DNA of 47,034 nt from Pseudomonadota bacterium. GTDB taxonomy: Bacteria; Pseudomonadota; Gammaproteobacteria; Xanthomonadales; Marinicellaceae. Position numbers and translations under genes: made by a program. The stretch is taken from the NCBI GenBank assembly GCA_008501575.1, contig QQUO01000294.1:1-47034 (forward strand). Reading direction: 5' to 3'. Below are positions 26,792 to 34,915 of the stretch, one piece after another (the stretch's first letter is position 1; each line of letters starts with the position of its first letter). Under the pieces are notes generated by a model. That model was not told where the DNA came from. It worked only from the letters and a program-made list of their open reading frames with translations, and searched no databases.

Positions 26792-27649
26792 ATGCCATCG
26801 ATATTAGCTTACTATAATTCAGTTGAAGACCATTATAAAACATTTTCACACACCGGAAGCATATCGGGAGCATCTAACATTGACAATCTGGCTGTGCGTT
26901 CGCCGTCGGAATATTATCAGTTTACACAAGGTTCATCAACAACGTCCACACTTGTTGCCGATGCCACAGGTTTAGGTTCAAGACCGGCCAAACTGGTCGC
27001 GATTTTAGGTGCCGTAAATCTACAATTGCACGAAATAACGAGAATAAGAGCGTTAATAGGTGCATCAGTGACATATGATTCTGATTCGAGCCCTTTTACG
27101 GCAATACAAAGAATTAGACTTGATGGTTATTCGCTAAAAAACTATGATTTTTTCTTTATCCTGCCGTCTGAGGTTGCCGCATATAAATTTGAGATAACAA
27201 TCAAAAGACTAACAGTGTCCTCAGGACATGAAGATGTGAAATTAGGAACGCTCTACATTTCAGAGACAATCGAAGCCAGCTCACAGCTTGATAATTTCGA
27301 CATAGGAGGCGTGGATTTATCTGTTAAGACAGTGAGCGACGGTGGACAAGTTTACAGCGATAAAAAATCAGTGCTTGATAAGATGTCATTTAGTGTGATT
27401 ACAAATGAAAAAAATACATGGGGCAGCACTTTTCCGAATGCCTGCATAAACCACATGCGCAAAACCGCCGGCACGGTCAGATCAGTTATTTACATGTATT
27501 ACAGAGACGGATCGGCTTACACGAACAAATCAATATACGGCACCCTTGACAAAATCGGGACCACAAGATTGCTTAAGGCGCTTGACCGGGCAGATTTTGT
27601 TAAAGGGCATTGGTGGACAACCCAAATCAACATAACTGAAGAACTATGA
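26792..27649 (+). CDS. Minor tail protein
   Basis: GGGG RBS with ATG 26792; beta-rich; D.S....SDGGQ.Y segment. Confidence 0.65.
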   Translation: MPSILAYYNSVEDHYKTFSHTGSISGASNIDNLAVRSPSEYYQFTQGSSTTSTLVADATGLGSRPAKLVAILGAVNLQLHEITRIRALIGASVTYDSDSSPFTAIQRIRLDGYSLKNYDFFFILPSEVAAYKFEITIKRLTVSSGHEDVKLGTLYISETIEASSQLDNFDIGGVDLSVKTVSDGGQVYSDKKSVLDKMSFSVITNEKNTWGSTFPNACINHMRKTAGTVRSVIYMYYRDGSAYTNKSIYGTLDKIGTTRLLKALDRADFVKGHWWTTQINITEEL

Positions 27650-28017
27650 CCGACCAAATTCACGAATTACAAAATCGCCAAAACAAACTTGAAGCCGAAC
27701 TCAGTCAGGTTGTCAGTGCAGTTGGCGACTTAACTCAGACAGTCACTGCGATTAATACAAATGTAACACACATCGATCAAAGCATGACTGGAATGTTTAA
27801 GCGTATCGATGAGTTGCGGACGCAAAAAACGCCATGGGGTACACTCATTTCGTTTGCTTCGTTTGTTTTGATCGTCTGGTCGGCGTATATGTTTCCGATG
27901 CACTTCAGGCTGTCGAAAAATGAAGCTGAAATCACCCGGCACAATGAGAAAATAATCGAACAAGCTGAAATCAACGGCTATGAAAAAGCCCTTCACGAGA
28001 TACTTTTAAGAAAATGA
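27646..28017 (+). CDS. Coiled-coil + single-TM protein (holin/antiholin-like)
   Basis: N-terminal heptads, TM segment WGTLISFASFVLIVWSAYMF; start of the lysis module. Confidence 0.6.
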   Translation: MTDQIHELQNRQNKLEAELSQVVSAVGDLTQTVTAINTNVTHIDQSMTGMFKRIDELRTQKTPWGTLISFASFVLIVWSAYMFPMHFRLSKNEAEITRHNEKIIEQAEINGYEKALHEILLRK

Positions 28018-28247
28018 GCACTCTATTAATTATTGCAATGATTCCACTTTGGCTTATGGGACTGTTTCTGTTTTATTATCTGTTTTTTCACAATTGCCCC
28101 GAAAGCATTGAAAAATAAACCGGATATGACATCAGTAACAGAATAAATCGGGTTAAGGACTTGTGGGTTAATTTAAGGAAACCCTGGTTGAAACTCGATA
28201 ATGATTATGACTGGTCTTGGTTGACCAAGGACGAGTTTGAAAAATGA
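28014..28247 (+). pseudogene. Membrane protein gene interrupted by in-frame TAA (28116-28118)
   Basis: One frame with ATGA overlaps at both ends. MSTLLIIAMIPLWLMGLFLFYYLFFHNCPESIEK* is followed by 42 more sense codons. Confidence 0.45.
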
Positions 28248-28699
28248 ACCCATTTCTAAAAATGCTGGAAATCCTTAAATCAGACGAAGGATACAGCTCG
28301 ACACCGTACCTGGACACAAAAGGCAACTGGACAATAGGATACGGCAGCACAATACTTTACACGCGCGGAAACCAACGCGTAACAGCATCGACAAAAGAAG
28401 TTTCAAAATCTGAAGCCATTAAAAACCTATTTTGTGGCATATCTTCAGCCATTGACAAGGCCAGAGGGTTTATCAAAAACTTCGAAGAGCTCACAGCCGT
28501 TAGACAGTGTGTACTGGTTATGATGGCATACCAGCTTGGCTTTAATCTTTACTCATTTAAAAACACCAAATTCTTTATTGAATCCGGGGCGCACAGACAA
28601 GCGGCCATAGAAATGCTGGACAGCAAATGGGCCCAAAAAGACTCACCATCCCGGGCTAAAAGAATGAGCAAAATGTACTTACAGAATAAATTCGTATGA
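28244..28699 (+). CDS. Endolysin, GH24/T4-type lysozyme
   Basis: DEG....PYLDT.G.WTIGYG (E-8-D-5-T triad), M.YQLG, EML.S.WA. Confidence 0.93.
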   Translation: MNPFLKMLEILKSDEGYSSTPYLDTKGNWTIGYGSTILYTRGNQRVTASTKEVSKSEAIKNLFCGISSAIDKARGFIKNFEELTAVRQCVLVMMAYQLGFNLYSFKNTKFFIESGAHRQAAIEMLDSKWAQKDSPSRAKRMSKMYLQNKFV

Positions 28700-28932
28700 C
28701 AGAACTGAAAAACAAAACAAAAGCCGCTGCCTCTCGTGCCGCATGCCTCGCAAGCGAAGCCCGCTGGTGGCTGGTAACAATTTGGGCAATGGTGCTTATC
28801 ACAGTTATCACAATTGCAATCACAAAGCCCGGCGTAATCGAAAAAGTAGCCGTGCCATTGGTGACCGGACTGGGCGTTATTTTTTCGGCGGTGGCCATGA
28901 TTTTAAAATCAAAGTTCATCGATAAAAAATGA
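28696..28932 (+). CDS. Putative holin (two TM)
   Basis: Two TM segments and a basic C-terminus, between endolysin and spanins. Confidence 0.6.
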   Translation: MTELKNKTKAAASRAACLASEARWWLVTIWAMVLITVITIAITKPGVIEKVAVPLVTGLGVIFSAVAMILKSKFIDKK

Positions 28933-29348
28933 GCTGGATTAAATCACTTCTAACTCCAAAAAGCGCAATCTTCGCCGCGGGAATTGCGCTGGCCGGACTG
29001 TTGGCGGTACAGTCTTACCGCCTTTCATTGTTGCGGACTGACTATGCGCAACTGGAAACCAGTCTTGAAAAAACTAAAGGGTCCCTGGCCGGTGCATTAT
29101 CAGCGAACGATTCGAATCTAATTACAATCGAAGCCTACAAAAAAGCCAACAAAGCACTGCTTGAACACAACGCCCAAAACACCAAACAATCAAAAGCCGC
29201 TGCCGCTAAACACCAGGCGAATTTAGAAGAGATTAAAAAACGATATGAACAAGCGAAGCAAGTACCCATTGCCGGCCGCTGTGCTAATTTTACTATCAGC
29301 GATGATGTTGACAAACTGCTCAAACAACAAGCCCGAAGTGGTCATTAA
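28929..29348 (+). CDS. i-spanin (Rz-like)
   Basis: N-terminal TM, coiled coil, C-terminal Cys. Confidence 0.8.
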   Translation: MSWIKSLLTPKSAIFAAGIALAGLLAVQSYRLSLLRTDYAQLETSLEKTKGSLAGALSANDSNLITIEAYKKANKALLEHNAQNTKQSKAAAAKHQANLEEIKKRYEQAKQVPIAGRCANFTISDDVDKLLKQQARSGH

Positions 29349-29547
29349 AACAGTACCCCAAGAAGTCTACATCCCCCAAGCATGCCAAATTGACTATTCA
29401 CAAATCAAATGCAACCACCCCACAGTCACCGGCATGTCCTATAAAGACGGCCTACTCACATTCGCCGAAGCCATCGACACCTGCCTATCATCCATCCACG
29501 CCATAATCCAAACCTGCACCCGCCCAGAACACATATGGCGCCAATAA
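29245..29547 (+). CDS. o-spanin (Rz1-like lipoprotein)
   Basis: Signal peptide with lipobox-like LTNC; overlaps the i-spanin 3' end; Pro/Cys-rich. Confidence 0.78.
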   Translation: MNKRSKYPLPAAVLILLSAMMLTNCSNNKPEVVIKTVPQEVYIPQACQIDYSQIKCNHPTVTGMSYKDGLLTFAEAIDTCLSSIHAIIQTCTRPEHIWRQ

Positions 29548-29548
29548 C

Positions 29549-29570
29549 TTGGCAACATATTTGGCAACAT
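29549..29570. repeat. Putative integrase arm-type sites
   Basis: Direct repeat TTGGCAACAT at 29549 and 29561, about 90 bp from the att core. Confidence 0.6.
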
Positions 29571-29655
29571 CTGAGCCAAATATCCCCAATTCAGCAATAC
29601 CCACCAAACGCAAACATAGCTATACCGCGCTGTTTGTTTCTCAGTAATTCCCCAA

Positions 29656-29683
29656 GCGGGTTCGATTCCCGCCGCCTCCACCA
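29656..29683 (+). other. ssrA: attR: displaced 3' end of tmRNA (T-arm, acceptor strand, CCA)
   Basis: GCGGGTTCGATTCCCGCCGCCTCCACCA, with an Ala-type acceptor (CTCCACCA). Upstream is phage DNA with no matching 5' half, so this is a fragment. Confidence 0.8.
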
Positions 29684-29690
29684 ATAAAAC

Positions 29691-29719
29691 GGGTCGCCCC
29701 TTAAAAGGCGGCCTTTTTT
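29691..29719 (+). terminator. Terminator after the ssrA 3' end
   Basis: GGGTCGCC-ccttaaaa-GGCGGCCTTTTTT. Confidence 0.7.
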
Positions 29720-30285
29720 ATTGGTGGAGGCGGCGGAAATGAGTAAGAACCCTACGAAGTGGGTTCGACTAATTTGGCAGGATAGCCAAATTGAACGCAC
29801 GAAGTGCGGCCCGAAGGGGAAAATTACATGGATGTAATTTTATCATCCCGCCGCTAAGTTTCAGGTTAAGTAAGATATTCAAAAGAACCTATAACGGGTG
29901 GCCTTTTTTATTTGGTGGAGGCGCGGTAACGAACCCTTCGCAAGGGGTTCGACTAATTTTGCAGGACAGCAAAATTGAACGCACGAAGTGCGGCCCGAAG
30001 GGGTAAATTACATGGATGTAATTTTATCATCCCGCCGCTAAGTTTCAGGTTAAGTAAGATATTCAAAAGAACCTATAACGGGTGGCCTTTTTTATTTGGT
30101 GGAGGCGGCAATTCTGAATCGAACCCTTACGTAGTGGGTTCGACTGAGGGCTTTCCGATTCGACTTAAACAAACAAGTCTGGCTTTCCACCCAATCTGGC
30201 TGCGCCCTCGTGCTTATCCTTAACACGCCAGGAAATAAACCCTGCCATCTCAACGATAAACACAATGGCTTTATCATCCCGCCGC
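29710..30285. repeat. Tandem ~184-bp structured repeat (two near-identical units and one diverged)
   Basis: GGGTTCGACT at 29761, 29945 and 30136; GGCCTTTTTTA(T)TTGGTGGAGGCG at 29710, 29900 and 30084; TTTATCATCCCGCCGCTA occurs three times. Confidence 0.9.
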
Positions 30286-30481
30286 TATTAAATTCCAGCA
30301 TAGAACATTCTCCAACTCCGACTTACTCGGTCGAAGACCCGGGGATCCAACCTCTATCGAATCCAATCTAGCGTGATACACCTACATCCATGTAGACGAG
30401 TATGCAAAGCATACAAAGCGCAGCTTTATTTAAAGGTATTTGAAATTCAATATCGACCTGTAAAACGTTTATAATGCTTTT

Positions 30482-30649
30482 ATGGACAATAAATTATTTA
30501 ACGAATTATTAGAAAGCACCAAGCAAATGGGTGAAATCATGCATGATAAATGTAAGCCTGCGCGTGTTTTTTATTTTCAGGATATTGAAATAATAAAACT
30601 TCGGAAAGAAGTCGATTCATCAGAGACTGATTTTACTTTGCTAAAATAG
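30482..30649 (+). pseudogene. Truncated NadS/HigA-like HTH antitoxin remnant
   Basis: MDNKLFNELLESTKQM.EI......PARVF......I..LR.....S..DF..L stops inside the expected HTH. Confidence 0.55.
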
Positions 30650-30659
30650 TAACTATAAC

Positions 30660-31496
30660 ATGACTAAAAAGAATCAAAAAATTGATGTTCAGGGGACACA
30701 GGTTACAGTTACCCGAAAAGATCAATTGGAACACATCAGCCTGACAGATATTGCGAAACACAAAGATTCTGAGCGCACTGATTATATTATCCAAAACTGG
30801 CTGCGAAACAAGAATACGATTGAATTTTTGGGAATTTGGGAAAAGCTAAATAATTCCGATTTTAATCCCATCGAATTCGAGGGGTTTAGAAACCGAGCAG
30901 GACTAAACAGCTTTGTACTCACCACCAAACAATGGGTTGAAAAAACCAATGCCATAGGACTTGTTTCCAAAGCAGGACGATATGGTGGTACATTTGCCCA
31001 TAAAGACATCGCTTTTGAATTTGCTTCTTGGATTTCAGTAGAATTCAAGCTCTATCTTATTAAAGAGTTTCAGCGTTTACAGGAAAAGCAACAAAAATCT
31101 CTCGACTGGAATGTAAAACGAAGCCTAACGAAAATCAATTATCGAATTCATACAGATGCTGTCAGGTCTCATTTAATTCCAGCCCATTTAAGTAAACAAC
31201 AAATCAATCTGGTTTATGCCAATGAAGCTGATGTGCTGAATATGGCGTTGTTCAGCCAATCAGCTAAACAATGGCGTGAAGAAAATCCAGACAAAGATGG
31301 CAATATGCGCGACTACGCCAATGTCAGTCAACTTGTTTGTCTGGCCAACCTGGAAAACCTCAATGCTGTATGGATTGATGAGGGTTTAGCACAATCAGAC
31401 CGTCTGGTAAGACTCAATCAAGTCGCCATACAACAAATGCGGTTATTGACGCAAGATGGTTCGGCTAATCGATTAGAAGATAAGAAAGGTGAGTGA
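30660..31496 (+). CDS. KilA-N domain DNA-binding protein
   Basis: ISLTDIAK, IQNWLR.KNTIEFLG.WE, GRYGGTFAHKDIAFEFASWIS.EFKLYLIKEFQRL. Confidence 0.92.
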   Translation: MTKKNQKIDVQGTQVTVTRKDQLEHISLTDIAKHKDSERTDYIIQNWLRNKNTIEFLGIWEKLNNSDFNPIEFEGFRNRAGLNSFVLTTKQWVEKTNAIGLVSKAGRYGGTFAHKDIAFEFASWISVEFKLYLIKEFQRLQEKQQKSLDWNVKRSLTKINYRIHTDAVRSHLIPAHLSKQQINLVYANEADVLNMALFSQSAKQWREENPDKDGNMRDYANVSQLVCLANLENLNAVWIDEGLAQSDRLVRLNQVAIQQMRLLTQDGSANRLEDKKGE

Positions 31497-31542
31497 ATAG
31501 AAGTTTTTACCAAATTGCTAAAATTTAACTAAAATAGCCAAA

Positions 31543-31616
31543 TAGGTTAGGCCCCGCCCATCACAATCGTCGGTCTAAGAATTACCCTTATTTTTGATGG
31601 GCAGAGCCCATCCTAC
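31543..31616. repeat. Degenerate REPIN (GTAG-family REP pair)
   Basis: TAGGTTAGGCCCCGCCCATCA ... TGATGGGCAGAGCCCATCCTAC. Confidence 0.7.
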
Positions 31617-31852
31617 GATACTTAACTAAACAAGTCTTGCTTTCCCAAACACATGTCAAAATTTGTCCATAACTCAGCCAATCTTGACCCAGCGCAAACT
31701 AAAGGTCATATTAGGTCGTGTAGAATCATTATTTTAAATTAATAGATTGCAAAAACACCCGTTATTGGGCAAAGTGACTATGACATTAAACACAGTAGAT
31801 TTGAAGCTGTTGTTTGATTTTTATAGTACAAACATAAATCAAAAAACAGCAT

Positions 31853-31938
31853 GTCATTCCGACTAAGCGAAGCGTAAGGACGCCGCCAGGGATGGCGGTG
31901 TTAGAATCGAGACGGGATCAGAGATCGAGTAATCTCCT
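31853..31938. repeat. Palindromic intergenic repeat (shorter copy at 33622-33658)
   Basis: GTCAT..CGACTAAGCGAAGCG.A.GGA...ATCTCC is shared. This copy has an extra CCGCCAGGGATGGCGG hairpin. Confidence 0.6.
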
Positions 31939-31996
31939 TAAATTTCGCACTAATTAAAGTCTATTAAGTTACTAACAAAAAAGGAACAAGGACTCA

Positions 31997-33580
31997 ATGA
32001 CCGAAGACCAAAAGAAAAACCTTGAAACCCAGCTTTGGGGGATTGCCAATTTATTGCGGGGGAAAATTTCTGCCGATGATTATCGTGATTACATTCTGGG
32101 CTTTATCTTCTTTAAATACCTCTCGGAAAAACAATACCTGTACGCCAATGAGCTGCTGATGGGCGAAGCCGTGACTGAATACACCGAAGTCACCGATGCC
32201 GAAACCCTGAAAGCCATTGAAGAAGAATCGGTGCTTAAACTCGGTTATTATCTGGCACCCACGGATCTGTTTCGGGAATTGGTGGCAAAGGGACAAGGTA
32301 AGGCTGCAGCGAATCAGGACGGCGATGAATCCAATTACATCCTTGAAGACCTGCAGGCGGTGCTGAATCACATCGAAGACAGCACCCGGAACACCGAATC
32401 CGAAGACGATTTTAATGCCTTATTCGAAGACTTGGATTTACAGTCCAGTAAACTCGGCCGCACGGTGAAAGCCCGCAATGACATTGTGGTCGAAATTCTC
32501 GGCTTTTTAAGTAAGATTGATTTTAAACTCGATCAAATCGATTCCGATGTCCTCGGTGATGCCTATGAATACCTGATTGCGAAATTCGCCGCCGGGGCAG
32601 GTAAGTCAGCCGGTGAATTTTATACCCCGCAAAAGGTCTCGAAGATACTGGCGAAAATCGTCACCACCGGTAAAGACCGATTGCGTTCAGTGTATGATCC
32701 CACTTGTGGTTCCGGTTCCTTGCTGTTGCGGGTGCAAAAGGAAGCCGAGGTGGCTGAGTTTTATGGTCAGGAATTAAACCGCACCACCTATAACCTGGCG
32801 CGCATGAACATGATTATGCACGATGTCCATTACCGGGATTTCGATATCCGTCAGGATGACACCTTAGAAAACCCAGCGCATATTGATATGCGCTTCGAAG
32901 CCGTGGTCGCCAATCCGCCATTCTCGGCGCATTGGAAATCAAGCGGCAATCCCTTAAACAATAACGACGAACGCTTCAGCCCCTACGGCCGACTGGCCCC
33001 GAAAACCAAAGCCGATTACGCCTTCCTGACCCACATGCTCTATCAGCTCGATGATAACGGCATTATGGCCTCAGTCTTTCCCCACGGCGTCTTATTCCGT
33101 GGTGCCGCCGAAGGTGTGATTCGTGAATACATTATCCGCGAAATGAACGCCCTCGATGCCGTTATCGGCTTACCCGCCAATATCTTCTACGGTACCAGCA
33201 TTCCCACCTGTATTCTGGTGCTCAGAAAAGACCGCAAGCCTGATGACAAGGTGGTCTTTATCGACGCCAGTGGCGACGGGCATTTCATCAAAGAAGGCAA
33301 CCAGAACGTCCTGCGCGACGAAGATGTGGATTTAATCGTCGAAACATATAGAAAGCGCGAAGCCAAAGACAAATTCAGCCACATCGCCAGCTTAGCCGAA
33401 ATCGCCGAAAACGATTACAACCTGAATATCCCCCGGTATGTGGATACTTTTGAGGAGGAAGAGCCGGTGGATCTCAAAGCCGTCTCAATGGAACTGAAAC
33501 AACTGGATAAGGAACTGGCAGAAACCAACAAAGACATTCAAAAGTATTGTGATGAACTTGGGATTGAGACGCCGTTTTGA
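31997..33580 (+). CDS. hsdM: Type I restriction-modification methyltransferase subunit
   Basis: LW.IAN.LRG, GEFYTP, YDPTCGSGSLL, NPPF, PHGVLFRG, YNLNIPRYVD. Confidence 0.97.
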   Translation: MTEDQKKNLETQLWGIANLLRGKISADDYRDYILGFIFFKYLSEKQYLYANELLMGEAVTEYTEVTDAETLKAIEEESVLKLGYYLAPTDLFRELVAKGQGKAAANQDGDESNYILEDLQAVLNHIEDSTRNTESEDDFNALFEDLDLQSSKLGRTVKARNDIVVEILGFLSKIDFKLDQIDSDVLGDAYEYLIAKFAAGAGKSAGEFYTPQKVSKILAKIVTTGKDRLRSVYDPTCGSGSLLLRVQKEAEVAEFYGQELNRTTYNLARMNMIMHDVHYRDFDIRQDDTLENPAHIDMRFEAVVANPPFSAHWKSSGNPLNNNDERFSPYGRLAPKTKADYAFLTHMLYQLDDNGIMASVFPHGVLFRGAAEGVIREYIIREMNALDAVIGLPANIFYGTSIPTCILVLRKDRKPDDKVVFIDASGDGHFIKEGNQNVLRDEDVDLIVETYRKREAKDKFSHIASLAEIAENDYNLNIPRYVDTFEEEEPVDLKAVSMELKQLDKELAETNKDIQKYCDELGIETPF

Positions 33581-33703
33581 GCAATGGAGAATGGAAAAGT
33601 GATAATGGAAAATAAGAACTCGTCATATCGACTAAGCGAAGCGCATGGAGATATCTCCAAAACCCTTCGTCTTGTTTCTTACGAAGGGAGGACACAGGTT
33701 TAA

Positions 33704-34903
33704 ATGGATAATGGACAATTAATACCTGAGTTGAGATTTTCTCAATTTGAAGGAGGTTGGAGTTCAAATAAATTCGGTGATATTGCTAGTTTTAGCAGAG
33801 GTAAAGGAATATCCAAATCCGATATTGATGAAAGTGGTCATTTAGAATGTATTCGATATGGTGAGTTATATACTCATTATAACGAGGTCATTGATGATGT
33901 AATATCTCGAACTAACGTACACAAAACAAAGTTAATTCTTTCAGAAGCTGATGATGTCATCATTCCTGCATCAGGCGAAACGCAGATTGATATTGCGACA
34001 GCATCATGTGTTAAAAAGTCAGGGGTGGCATTAAGTGGTGACTTGAACATCATTAAATCCAAACTTAATGGTGTGTTTCTAGCCTACTATTTAAACAATA
34101 AAAAGAAGCTTGATATTGCTCGATTATCTCAAGGGATTTCAGTTGTACATTTGTACAGTAGCCAACTCAAAAGTTTGATTCTCAATTTTCCTGACGATGT
34201 AGAACAACAAAAAATCGCCAACTTCCTTACCGCCATCGACCAACGCATTACCTTACTCAAAGAAAAAAAAGCCGCCCTCGAACAATACAAAAAAGGCCTG
34301 ATGCAGAAAATTTTTAGTCAGGAGGTTCGGTTTACAGATGATGAGGGGAATGGTTTTCCGGATTGGGAGGAAGGTAAATAAAATTCATTATGTAAAGTAA
34401 ATCCGAAATCCGACGATTTGCCTAAAACATTTATTTATATTGATTTAGAAAGTGTAAAAGATGGTCAATTGCAACTTGAGAACAGGGTACAAAAAGAAGA
34501 TGCACCATCAAGAGCACAGAGGTTGCTTGAAAAAGGTGACATTCTCTACCAAATGGTTAGGCCATACCAAAAAAACAATTTGTATTTTAATAAAAATGAC
34601 GAGTATGTTGCATCAACCGGTTATGCCCAGTTAAGAGCAAAACAAAATAATGAGTTTTTATATTATTTGATTCATACGGAATCTTTTGTGAATTCGATTT
34701 TGCGTTTATGTACAGGATCCAATTATCCAGCAATTAACTCAACAGATTTAGCAACTGTGAAAATCAGTTATCCATGTAAAGAAGAACAACAAAGAATCGC
34801 CAATTTTCTGTCCGCCATCGATCAAAAAATCAATACTATAGATAAGCAAATTGACGATTCGGAATTGTTTAAAAAGGGCTTATTGCAGCGGATGTTTGTT
34901 TGA
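33704..34903 (+). pseudogene. hsdS: Type I R-M specificity subunit with a single in-frame TAA at 34379-34381
   Basis: PELRF..F, two EQ..IANFL.AIDQ.I conserved regions, KKGL.Q..F. The two track ORFs are in the same frame, separated only by one stop. Confidence 0.9.
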
Positions 34904-34915
34904 GAAGAGAAATAT

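Larger units (their letters stand above)
1..29683. mobile_element. Lambdoid (HK97-like) prophage, left end outside the window, right end at a tmRNA-type attR
   Basis: Canonical module order: recombination, cI/cro, O/P, nin, Q, terminase, portal, capsid, tail, lysis. It ends at GCGGGTTCGATTCCCGCCGCCTCCACCA, preceded by arm-type direct repeats. Confidence 0.95.

Noticed and set aside
29600-29683. Intact tRNA-Ala or full tmRNA gene
   Set aside because: Only the last 28 nt match; no complementary 5' acceptor strand lies upstream.
29710-30285. Possible CRISPR array or tRNA cluster
   Set aside because: Units are ~184 bp with no unique spacers between short repeats, and no cas genes are present. 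There are no complete D or anticodon arms.
29439-30301. Short ORFs 29439-29684, 29591-29800, 29791-30006, 29975-30223 and 30092-30301
   Set aside because: Translations of the ssrA fragment and the tandem repeat (for example MVEAAGIEP is the antisense of a T-arm).
34418-34903. Independent second hsdS gene
   Set aside because: Same frame as the upstream part, separated by one stop; TTG start without an RBS.
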